64,000 nt of DNA from Paragordius varius (taxonomy: Eukaryota; Animalia; Nematomorpha), in NCBI GenBank assembly GCA_964247055.1, contig OZ176051.1:4898001-4962000 (forward strand). The letters are read 5' to 3'. Both the position numbers and the translations under genes were made by a program. This document shows, one piece after another, positions 24,658-37,000 of this stretch. The notes below the pieces were generated by a model that was not told the DNA's origin, ran no database searches, and saw nothing but the letters and a program-made list of their open reading frames with translations. Numbering within the stretch: position 1 is the first letter of the stretch; the number at the start of each line of letters is the position of its first letter.

Positions 24658-26367
24658 GTAAAATTTTAGGGGAAAACGGTTATTATCGGGTTAAAAGCTG
24701 ATTTTAGAATACAAAATTCAAATTTATTATAATAATATTTAGCTATATTTATTTTTGTTGTTGTCAGAACCATGAAGTACAATTTTTTTAAAAAAAATTG
24801 TTAAAACTGTAAAAATATAAAAAAAATATTTACCAAATAAGAAACAATGGTATAGATGCCATTTTCTTCTATAATACCCAAGATTTTTTATATATTTTTT
24901 AAGATTTATACAATTTTTGGAGGTGTTTAGTAAACTTAGTTTCGTGTCGAAAGAATTACGCATTTTCACTCAACCCTATATATTATTTGTAAAGGATACC
25001 TGACTTTCAATCCTCCAGTTTACAGAATTCAAAAAGATGCAATATTTTTCAAGTTATAATACTTTGAAATTTTGATAAGTCTCCTAATAGCAGACTTATC
25101 ACGAATGTATGTTTTTTATACAAATATCTTACTGTCTTATGCTTACTGTCTTACTATCTTACTGTCTTACCGTCTTACTATCTTACCATCTTACTATCTT
25201 TCTGTCTTACCGTCTTACTATCTTACTGACTTAAATTCACATCAGTCTAATTGTTTTAAATTTTATGGCCACGGATTTCTAAAATTGTTTCCAAAAAAAT
25301 CTGTAAATTATAAGGTATTATTTTTAAAGCTATCTGATTCATAATTGAGAAAAAAGGTGGGTGCTTTTCATTTTATAGTATTATTTATATTATATCAGCT
25401 TGCTAATAATTGAATTAAAACCGAAAACAAATCTATTTGACCAAAAAATAATGGAATAAACGAAATTTTTTTTTAACATAAAACTTTGCCAAAACTTGTT
25501 CACTACACCCAGAAACTGTAATCAGTGAAAAAAATTGCCATGGAATTAAAACGAAAAGCGGTTCCCGTTTTTCTTCCTAATTAAATTATAAATTTTACTT
25601 TTGGGAATCCCTGAACATTTTTTAAAGGCGCGCTGCTCCGTATTTCATTTTTTGTTTTGCAGCTTTTAATTCAAAGTCCTTAGGACCGATCGATTTTACA
25701 TAATTTTTAGACCACTCCTAACATTATGAAGCATTAACCGTCAATTTTTTATCAAACGTTTTACAAATTTTGTGCAAGTATTTTTTTTCTTCATAAAATT
25801 ATAAATAACTTTTAAATGATAAATCAAAACAACTTATGAACATTTGATTTGTTTTAACATTTCTGTCACATTTACGTATTGTTTATAATTATACAGCGAT
25901 GCGGTAAAAGCCAGTAAGTAGCTTGAAGCATGATAGTTTTTTATACATTAATATATAATTACCTATTTTTTAATTAATAATATAATTGTTTGTTAAATGT
26001 CGTCAAAAAACTGTTGATCTTAGAATTTATATTTAGCTACAAAGGTAATTGTCCCTTATAATTATTTCAAACAAAAAAACTTTCCATAAATATATGAATG
26101 ACGGCCAAAAACGTGACACAAAATCGTACTTTCCAAAAATAATAAAATATATTGGAACAAATAAAATAACCATTAAATTTGTTTTGTCAACACACTTGAC
26201 AAGTATGAGAGGTAGAAATGGTTTAAATGCTTACTATGTATATATACAAACAATATCCCGGCTTTGACGATCCTTAAAAAATAACAGTTTACAAAATTGT
26301 TTTATCATATAACTTTTTTTAAAATATTCTTCCACCGTTTTTTAACAACAAAAACAACATATCTTAC

Positions 26368-29300
26368 ATGACCAACAATGATGTTAGCCATGAATCGAAT
26401 CCATGGTATGATCCTGATTTCATACGAAATGGCTTAATTCTATTAAAATTCTTGCAAAATTATCACACCAATATACGTGATTTACCTGTCAAACCAAATT
26501 TCGATGTTGTTAAACCAAAGTACATGAAATCATTGCTAGCTGAAAGTGCCAATGATGAAGGTAGAAGTTTTGATTCCCTATTCGCCGATGTAATTGAGAT
26601 TATATTGCCTGGTATTGTACATTGGCAAAGTCCCAAGTTTCATGGATTTTATCCTGTTGGTTTCTCATTCCCATCCATATATGCCAATATAATATCAGAT
26701 GGGCTTGGATCCCTAAGCTTTGATTGGGTAAAAGGGTAAATTTGTAATCTTAAAATTATAATCCGTGAAATAATACGAAAATAGAAAATTAACTGAAAAT
26801 TACATCTATAAAATGAAAACATCAATGATATGTTAAACCTCTCGTCAATAGTAATCGCAGACTAGTTTCGTTCTTGTTTAACACTCATCAGTACGACTCA
26901 ATTATTTGACTACTTGGGGTTTTTACATATCAATTTTGAAAATAAATTGAAAATCACTTGGTTACCCTAGATTTCGAGTCCAAAATATAGTTTTACTTTA
27001 ATATTTTTAAATAGATAAAATCATCAGCTCTAGAATCGAAAAATGGCGGTAAAACCCAAAAATTTATTGACTGTTTTTAAATTTTCCTAATAACATTTTT
27101 AATACCAGGTTAGATAATAAAAAATGTTTAATCTATATATTCATTGCGTTTAACTTTATATCATTATGCTGTTAATTAATACGATTAAAGAGGCGCTTTG
27201 TTGTGGTTGTTTTCAAAATAAAATTTAAATATTTAAAATTTTTGGATTATCTATAGAATGACTTGTTTAACTCCGAGCGGCTTCTATATATCCAAATACT
27301 CGATACAATCAAACAAAACTTTTGATCTAAAAAGATTATTGTTAACACTCATTGATCAGTACAAAAACAAAAAACATATAAAATAATTAGCGAAAGGAGT
27401 AGATAAAAACAAGTCTACTATCAATTTAATTTTTTTTATCAAATAAATTTTTTAATATCAATTATAATATTGGTGCGGATGATCAAACATATAATTGTAA
27501 AAGCAGTGGCCTTTATTGAAAGTGTTTCCATGTTTTTACATGGCCATTATATAGTTTAGGCAGAAAAAGGTTTGTTTATATTTTGAACTCACAAAAGTTC
27601 ATTTTTTACAAAAACGTATAAAAAGGGTCAATTCACAAAAATGTCCGGACAAAAGGCAATGTAATTTGCTTATCAAGTGTTTATGTTAATAGTAATTAAA
27701 AAGTTGTAAAAGATTAATTGGTTCAGATTGATTCATGCATAGTCGTTCCCGACCCTTGAAAGTTTAAAAGAGCTTTCCATGCGTTGCGGTCTTTTGCAAT
27801 AATTTTCTAAATCACACTAAATTAAGGAAGACTTATAGCATTAGCCTTTTCTAATTTTTATCACTCGATTCATCATTCATTTATATTGTGATATATAAAT
27901 TAGTCCTCATGTCCGGCCTCTACGGAATTGGAAATGATAATGGTGGATTGGATAGCAAAGGAAATGAATTTACCCCCAAAATTTAGATTTGATTATCAGA
28001 TGGGTGGTGGAATCATTCAAGTATAAGCAAAAATAAAATTGTCTCATCATATCTATATATATAATGAATGATTGCTAAGTTAGCATCCATTTTACAATTT
28101 GGTTAATAAGGATAAATAAATTAAGTTTTACCATGACCCAAAATATAAAGCAAATTTAGAGTAGGCATAGTTAAATGTAAGTGCAGAGAATCTCAAAACG
28201 GATTAAAAGGTTAAAAAAGGAATTTAAATTATATATCGTTTGATAGCTTAGAACATTAGTACAACGATATCTACAATAAAGTTATTCTATCTCCAATTAA
28301 AATCGAAATTTTTTCGCACATTTGGTCGTATATACCTCAGAAAGAGTCTAGTATATAAAAAATTACACGATGACCTCACAAAAAGGGTGTGATTGACATT
28401 AATTTTTTCGTAATTCAATGTGAAAAACACAAACAAATTTCTGTACCCTGTTTTAGTAATAGGGCTATCAAATATGTAAAGATGATTAAATAATATAGAT
28501 ATACAAATTTATAAAAGAAACTTTCCTCACTCACAAAACCTTTATGTTTTTAATCTCTTGTACTGAGTTAAATTACAAAATATTAATGTAGGGTACCGCT
28601 AGTGAAGCTCTACTTGTCGTTTTTATTGCTGCCAGGGAGAAAAAAATCAGAGAGATACTCGAATTCAATCCAAAGATGAATTATTATGAAGCTTTAAGTC
28701 AAATAATGTGTTATACAACGCGACAGGCATATATTTTAATATTTTTTTTTAGAATTACTATATTATAAATGTTAAATCCAATTTTTAATTGAATGGTATA
28801 TTAGGCACATTTTGCTATCCCTAAAGCTGCTTGTTTGAGTGCCGTACAAATTTCATACGTTGAAACTTATTCAAATCTAACCTTTAATACGGAACAATTG
28901 GAACAAACTTTGATGGAAGATCTTAAAAACGACAAGCATCCTTTTTTGGTTTGATCATGTTACGATTTATAAATTTAGGTTGTAGCAACTATGGGTACAA
29001 CTAGCACTTGCGCATTTGATGACCTACAAACGATTGGAGAAATTTGTAATCAGTTATGCACATAAATTTATTTGAATAAAGTTAACGAGTTTTGTTTTAG
29101 ATGAAAATGTTAAAAAATCGTATTTTGATAGAAAATTTATTTTTATATATTGGTTAATTTCTTTTTTTATCATATACATTTAGGGTAAATCAAGGTTTTT
29201 AAATATTGTAGAATATAAAATTCAATAATCTAATAATTCATTTTTACAGTTAATTGTTTTTTCTGAATATCAGATAGTATTAAAGTTTCTACCATGTAAT

Positions 29301-32300
29301 AGATAGATAGCTAGATAAATAAAAAGCGTTAACTCAGCCATTATTGAAAAGCATTGAATTGCAATTTTTTGTATTAATTTGTAAAATACACTACACATTT
29401 ATTTAGTCTTTTGAAATCTGTCCATTTTTTTAGGTGAACGATATAAAGTGTGGTTTCATATTGATGCTGCATATGCCGGTGCCATGTTATTTTGCAAGGA
29501 ATACCAAAAATTATATGGCATGGGATTCGAGGTTCTTATTTTATTATAAATGACTAATTAAGAGATATTGTCTCCAAAATAAGGCCTATTTAACAAAAAA
29601 TATATTAAATTTAGCCATACCAGATTACTTTAGATGTAGATACTATGTTATTATCTACTTCTAATAATTAGGATTTATCTGTGCAAAAATGATTTTATTG
29701 AGGCCATCATCATTATTTATTATTGAGTTAAGTATTTTTTTTAGATCTAAAACTCTACTATATTACAAGTTTTCTATAAATATTATATAATAGAAGGCTC
29801 ATTCCATCACTTTCAATCCACACAAACTGATGGGTGTATGTTTTGACTGTTCCATTTTATGGTAATGTTAATATTCAACCTAAATTGATTATTTTTTCCT
29901 TAAATCTCATATAAAATAAAATTCTGTAAACTTCCGAATATAATTATATGAGAACAAATATATCAAAAAATATAGGGTAGAAAACGCAAGAGCCTTGAAT
30001 CACTCTGCTCAATTTAAAGCACCTTATTTGGAATCAGAGTTTGATAATGCAACCAATTACATAGTTTAAAATGAAATTTTAAAACTCATTTAGGATTGGG
30101 AAATACCGATGGGAAGGCGTTTTAGGGCATTAAAACTTTATTTTCATATCGGGCTCCTTGGCATGAACAAGATCCGCCATCGGATAAAAAAAGTTTGCAT
30201 TATATATTTATTGACATGTCTTAAAAATAAAATTTGAGAACTCGCCTGCTTCTATAACCGTTTTTTAATATATTTAAGTTCTAACTTTTTACGTATAAAG
30301 CCATCAAAACATATCAATCTTAAAACCGTTTAATTTGGGGCTCATTTGCTAAATTGTTAAATTTTTTTATATATCACTAATCCTAAATTGATAAACACAC
30401 AAGCTGTCTGATTAGTAGTCATCAATTCGAATGGCGTTTATGGTTATAAAAACAGCATTTTTACACTGAAAGATCATTTTTTGAATAATTTCGAAACTTC
30501 ACTACATTTTTTATGTCCTAAAGGAAAAGAACATTATTTTAGACCTGACATATTTTTAAATAAAAAATGGTTGTCTTTGGATGAACAACTAGCTTAAACT
30601 GGAAAAAAAGGGATACCATAATTAGAAATATCTTGAAAGTGTGCACATAAATAAAGACACACCTAAGCACAAATGTCTTATAGTCTTTGTCTCTAAACCC
30701 TAAAAATTTAAAGTTTTAACAATTTTTTTATGGCTTAGAGGCTAGAGCAGTGATACTCCTAAAAGTGCTTTTTTATGGCCAATAATTATTAATTAAATTT
30801 TTGATGTACCTATTTTATATATAAACATTTGTTAATGTGTCAAAGTTTTTATATGTTTTATGCAATGCACGGCCCTTGATAAGATAATTATTTTTTGTAG
30901 CCCTTAAAAAATTTTGTTGAGTACCATTGGTTTAAGAAATAATAATCCCTCATACAAAGGAAACATTTTAATCCAATATTGAAAGCAAACGTTGTTTGAA
31001 TGCAAAAATGTTGCTTTCAATTAAAATGTTGCTATGAATAAAAAAGAATGATTCATTTGATTGATAAGGTGTGGTTTTTTTATCAAAAGGGGTATTTCAT
31101 TATTTTTACAATTTAAATTTAACATTAGGTTAAAACCTTTATATCAGCAGTGGTACTATCAAAATATTTGAGAGGGCCAAATAAAATATTTATCTAGTCT
31201 CAGGGCCCCCCACCACATAATACCGACCAATATAAAGCTGTTAACATATGCCAAATATTTATACTCGAAATAAGTATTCCAAACAATTAAATAAATGATT
31301 CAGGCCCATAAAAAATACTTTTAGGGTCGCATGCGGTTCTTGGGCCGCGGTTTAAGTATCAATGGTTTATAGTTATGTAATTTTGTTTTCACTGCAATTC
31401 GAAAACATTAGTCAAACATTTAAAGATAATTAAATTTAAAATAAACTCCCAAACATGGGTAATTTACATTATATATGGTAAACTGCCTAATATAAATGAA
31501 TCATAAATATCAGACATTCACATCACTACACTTAAACCATTTTGAAAGCAATATTCACCTCTTTTAATGGTTAAAATAAAATTAAACACATGCTAAATAA
31601 AATTTATATCATCCTATCATTTAAACAACTTATGGAAATGCGCTCGTTTAATTTTTTATGAATCATGCGACAATTCTCCTATAACATTACATCAATTTTC
31701 ATGCCAATAATGTATTATATTAATATTCTGACATTAAACCGGGAGAGAGAATCCAAAATATAGGGACGTTATGTTGCATCAACTTTTAGAAAGAGAAAAT
31801 TAACATTTTATAAAAAATGGATTTTTTTAGGAAAGACGGTCAGAAATTTTAAGATACTATTTATTTTATATAAGGCTATAGATTTATTGTCATTGCTATT
31901 TGTTAAAAAAATTATTTAGGTTGTTAGGTATAATTTTAATATAAAATATATATATTTTTTTTATAAAAAAACTTATTTTTTTAATGGTAAATACTTCAAT
32001 AATAATAATAATAATATAAATTATAGGGTAGCAATATCCACAATAAGATACCCAATAGTATGAATCATATGTTTTCATTTAATTACCATGAAAAAGTAAA
32101 AATTCATAGCTCCTTTTAAACTATTTGCAACATTTTAGCTAATTTCAAGTCGACTACTAAAAATCAAATTTTTTGGTTATGTTCCTTTAAATGCATAAGA
32201 ACCTCATATTTTTTAAATCTAATGATTTCTTTTTAAAAATATGATAAATTTCAACATTTTAAACCAACTACATTTTATTGTCCTATAGGTAATAGAATTA

Positions 32301-32449
32301 GGCCAATTCATGGAAAGCCTTATTACATCGGATTCAAGGTTTACAATACCATATCCAATTCAGTGTGGATTGATATGCTTCACTTACAGAGTATATATAT
32401 AGATATATATTGATATATTATATAATTATTTATTAATGGTAAATTGCAA

Positions 32450-32491
<42 letters not shown>

Positions 32492-33180
32492 TTAGAATTC
32501 CAATGTTTTAACAAAATCACTTTATGACTTAATTAACAAACAGGATATCTATCTCACGAGAACTATGGCAGATCACCGATATTTAATAAGGTTTAACTTA
32601 AAATTATCTCAGGTATTTAGGAATATATTTATCTAATTCTAAGAATTATTTAAATTTTTTTGGATTAATCTATTTATCCGTATTTTTCCAAAAGCACTTC
32701 ACATAAATGAATTTTATTACAATATATTTAAATTTAAAGTACAAATTTTTCGTTTATGTTAGGGCTTTAAGGTTAAAAAATTGCAGAATTTAAAATAAAG
32801 ATTGACTTTGCTTAGAATCCCTTATGATTAGGAAAAAGCTGACATTTTTATAAATAATGCAGGCAGGTTTTTATAATATTCTCTCTGTTTATTAAGTTAA
32901 ATAAATAACATTTAACACTAAGATCCGAAATTTGTATTATAGAAGATTTTATAAACAGCAAACAGACACAATAAATAACAAAAAAATTGTTGATATTTTA
33001 TTTATTAAAATTTTATCTTAAAATATTTTTCCATATTATTTATAATTTTATTATTCATTATTTCACCACAGGTTTTCGGTTGGATGTCCTAAAACCAATC
33101 AAACTGATATGCTTTATGCTTGGAAATTAATCAAAAAATGTGCAAATGAAATTGATCAAAGACAAAATATATTTATATAA
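26368..33180 (+). CDS. DDC: Group II PLP-dependent aromatic-L-amino-acid decarboxylase (DDC/TDC/HDC family), 493 aa, 12 exons: 26368-26727, 27904-28020, 28592-28726, 28805-28948, 28979-29045, 29434-29531, 29794-29861, 29976-30063, 30094-30192, 32289-32390, 32496-32590, 33072-33180
   Basis: Motifs PGIVHWQSPKFHGFYP, CPASTELEMIMVDW, GGGIIQGTASEA, ATMGTTSTCAFD, WFHIDAAYAG, FNPHK (PLP lysine) and WEIPMGRRFRALK. The spliced CDS is 1482 nt and in frame. One intron is GC-AG. The paralog name within the family is tentative. Confidence 0.88.
26841..26899 (-). ncRNA. Degenerate type I hammerhead-ribozyme-like motif in DDC intron 1 (Penelope-like retroelement remnant?)
   Basis: Minus strand reads GAGTCGTA-CTGATGA-GT...AC-GAAA-CTAGT-loop-ACTA-TT-GACGAG. 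The core boxes and partial stems I and III are present, but the G before the cleavage triplet is missing and the first stem I pair is mismatched. Confidence 0.5.
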
Positions 33181-34029
33181 TATCAATCAATATCTTATTA
33201 TGTTATTACCGGTGTAAATTTGACAAATTTTTACCCTGTATTTTTTAAGAAATGCAGTTTTTAACTTTATATGACAAAAATATGCTAAACATTTTAGATA
33301 AAATTACATACAGTTAATGTGATTTTTATATAATTTAACATTAAATGTCGATCGCTAAATATTTTTTATATGATATTTAATTTGAAATATCGCTTTGATA
33401 GGAAGTGAAGTTTTGAACTGATCTTGTGATAACAAGAGATTTTTGTTCAATCCATCGACACATAAACACCTATTAAATTTTGTTTTAACACTATCTTAAA
33501 TGACTCTTTTCCATAGCGTGCCGCCCAAATATTATATTTTCGTTTTTTAAATTTTTTTTTTCCAAATATTAGCGTCCTAACTAGCAAACCATATAAGCAG
33601 ATCCTTATTTCCAGTTGAGGAAACATCTCATAATAGCTAAAATAAAGCATAAACTCAAAGGGTTGAATATTTGACAAAAGACGCCAAACATATTAAAAAA
33701 TGTTTTAGTACATTATTACAGCATATAGAATTTAAAATTCATAGTATAATAAAAGCAAAGTTGATCCCTGAATTTTTTATATTTTGACATCAAAAAAGAA
33801 ACAAATTAAATTTACATTAACGGAGCTTATTATATTTTTACATTTATTAACCTTTTGTTATAACACGTCATCTTAAAGGTTTCATTTTGAACTTGAGACT
33901 TTTTAATATTGCATTGCATAAAAGATAAAATATTAGTGGATTAGCTAGCTTAAAGCTAAATGTAAACGAAATTCGTGCAACTATAAAAAATTTAAATATT
34001 TTAAACACGTGTAACCGTAAAACATAAAC

Positions 34030-37000
34030 ATGTACAGCTGTGGTAAAAAGACCCTAAAAATAAATTATCAATTACACAAAGAAAATCGGGAAAGGTTGTG
34101 TAAAGCATTGAAAGAGTTTAATACAGAGTTTACCGATGCAATAATATTGCTTAAAGGGGGACTAGGTGCATTCAAGTATGATACAGATACCGAATACATA
34201 TTTCAACAGGTTAATTTAAATTTAAATTTTAAAATTAGGAATCTTTTTTTCATTGGACTTTTGGAGTCCTAGAACCTGATTTTTGGGGAACGATAGATAT
34301 AAAGAATGGCAAAACACGTTTGTTTTCTCCAAAGTTACCTGATGAGTTTGAGATTTGGATGGGAAAATTATTGTCCTCAAAAGATTATAAATCTAAGTAT
34401 TTGGTGGACGAAGTGTTGTACATTGATGATGTAAATTTTACTAATATATTTAGTTAGATAATTTTTTGAAGACACAAAATCCCTCTCACATACTTCTCTT
34501 GGTGAGTATATTTTATTTATTATTATTTAAAAGCGGCCTCAGCTTTATGGATTTTTCAGAATATTTGAATAATAACTGATATTTCTTCATATATATTTTA
34601 TATTATCATTTTAACCAAGGATGTCCACCGGGCCGCATTTTTATATCGAAAAATTCGACGTGTCGCATTCGAGAAATATATGGGCCTTAAATAATTTATT
34701 GGATTTCAAACATACAATTGTAATAAAAATACATAATAATTTAACAAGTTTTGCTAGCTTATTGCCGTTTCGGAAATAATTACTCAGAAAATTTGTTGAA
34801 TCAAATCAATTTTGTTTAATTTAGTATCTATTCAAAATTTATCGCTGGCTGCATAGTTTTAGTTGGACGCGTGTTGGACCCCTGATTAATAAATTTATTA
34901 GCCCATTTTCAGATATAAGATATATTTAACTCGATGATAAATATCCAAATTACATTCATTTTATAATTTTAGTTGATTGCAAAACTATCTGTTTGATGTA
35001 TGGACAGTCATTTAATAAAATATAGTTTTTCTTTCTAGAAATAGTTTTTATAACCTTACATTGTATTACAAATATTAGAAATCATTATTTTTTTTCCAAA
35101 AGTGTCGTTTTTTATAATGAAAAACGTTGCATATGAACGAAAAATTATAATTAAAAAATTGACATGCGCTTGAATTAATTAATTTTTATATGTATAATGG
35201 CAGGAAGGATTCAATTCTGATAGCGATAATTATCTCAATGCTCCCAATCTGTCAATTTTGTCCAAGTTTTTTTTTTAAAATTGATTTAATATTTTAGATT
35301 TACCACTAACACAGATGTTTTGCATTCCATAATGACTGAATGGTTATATTTTTATTTTTAATTAAATAAAAAAAATTAAAAATATGGGGCGATTTCATTT
35401 TGTAAAAAAAACAGAAACAGATAAAAAATTAATTTACCATGTATAATGGACATGTCTGTTATTTAGATTAAAAAATATGCTAAATAAATCCGGACTTTAA
35501 AAGTCTAGTTCATTTTTTTTAACGATTTTAGATTTTAATGAAATTTATATTTGGATAAGAGTTATCATAACAGACCTTTGTATATTGTAAATAAGAAAGC
35601 TTTTAACAACTGTATCATGGCAAAAAAATAATTCAGAGTTAAATTTACAAATTATAACAGTTTTTAAATCCGTGAAATAATGTTATAAACGAAAATTAAA
35701 TTTTTAATTTAATTTTTGTATGTATCGTTTCACGCATTTAATAACTGTTATTACAAGGCATTATCAATCCGTCATTAACCTTTACAATTACAAAATATAC
35801 TGTTTTTCTTTAATAATTACATTTGTGTAATAAGTTTTAATATCCTTTTTTTCTAACGTAATAGGTAAATTATGATGAATACAAAAAATTTACAATTAAA
35901 AATAATTATTTACATATAATTATAATTAAATATAATTATTATTATTTTTAGCCGGTTAATCAAAAGCAGTGCGGAATTGGAAATACTAAAATATGTTGCA
36001 AAATTGAGTTGCGAAGCCCACAAGGAAGTTATGAAAAATATTGTTGAGGGTATGATGGAATACGAATTAGAAGGGTATATTTTAATTTTGTATATATTTT
36101 GATGTAAAGTTTTATTTGTTAAGATTTACTTTAGTTAAAAATCAAAGGATATTAAAAAATTGGAAATCATGTACCATTATAATGGAATATTTTACAGGCT
36201 GCTTTAATTATTTAATTACCATAGAATATAAAATTTTAATATCAAATGGTTTTTATGATTTAAACTTAAATGGGAATATATTTAAATGGCTATTGTATTT
36301 TAATAATTTCTATTTAGAATATTTCAGAAATATGTACTTAACAATGGAGGAGCTCGTGTTTTAGCCTATACACCTATTTGCGCATGGTAAATTATTATAT
36401 ATTTTTCTTTTTTATTGTTTTCTATATATATTCATTTTTTTAAAATTCAATTAATGCATAAATTTTATTCATATGCACATTTTTTATTTTCATAAACACA
36501 TGATTATTTCGGAGGGATAATTTAAAGCTTGTAAAATTTTCATATTTAACAAAAAAATTACAAACCAAAAAAATAAAATTTTTCATCTCATTTGCTGTCG
36601 AAATTTTGCCGTTAAATTAGTCATTCTCAACAATGTATATGTTTTTCACATACTTTGGCTATGGTGTAACAATAGCGTTTTTATATATAACATCCAAATT
36701 AGTTGTGCCATTTGCAATTCAAATTCACCTTCGATGAATTTAATTTCACCCTTGTACAATTCAAATCACCCTAAAAATAAATTATCTGTTTTCGGGCTAA
36801 TATAACTCATTTTTAATATGATATATATTTTTACGACATAGTTTATTATTTTTATAGCATTATATTATTTTTACACATAATTTCATATTTTATATGGATT
36901 GTTTTACGGTGAATTTGAACTGTAAATGGTATATAATGTGAAATTAGCTATATTATTCTATTGATTCATAGCTTAAAAAAAATGGATAACAAACCAAAAA

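Larger units (their letters stand above)
23447..25247 (-). mobile_element. Non-autonomous PIF/Harbinger-like element with ~660-bp near-identical inverted arms (23447-~24111 and ~24591-25247)
   Basis: Termini GACTGATGTGAATT...AATTCACATCAGTC are flanked by TAA at 23444-46 and 25248-50 (3-bp TWA-type TSD). The element encloses a Myb/SANT-like ORF and has no DDE transposase ORF. Confidence 0.75.

Noticed and set aside
23733-24969. Two identical 76-aa ORFs (23733-23963 + and 24739-24969 -)
   Set aside because: They mirror the inverted arms of the element. They are AT-rich, start at GTG and have no recognisable domain.
25350-25590. Possible THAP/P-element remnant (KLCQNLF..., ELKRKAVPVF)
   Set aside because: Only a fragmentary LK..AVP motif across different frames with stops, and the C2CH ligands are not recoverable.
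27743-27788. Exon-like segment SFPTLESLKELSMRC resembling DDC exon 2
   Set aside because: A much better exon (SSCPASTELE) exists at 27904-28020, and this segment's donor phase would frameshift the gene.
33380-33690. Minus-strand ORF 33447-33677 with faint hAT-like wording
   Set aside because: No catalytic motif is intact and no spliceable model was found.
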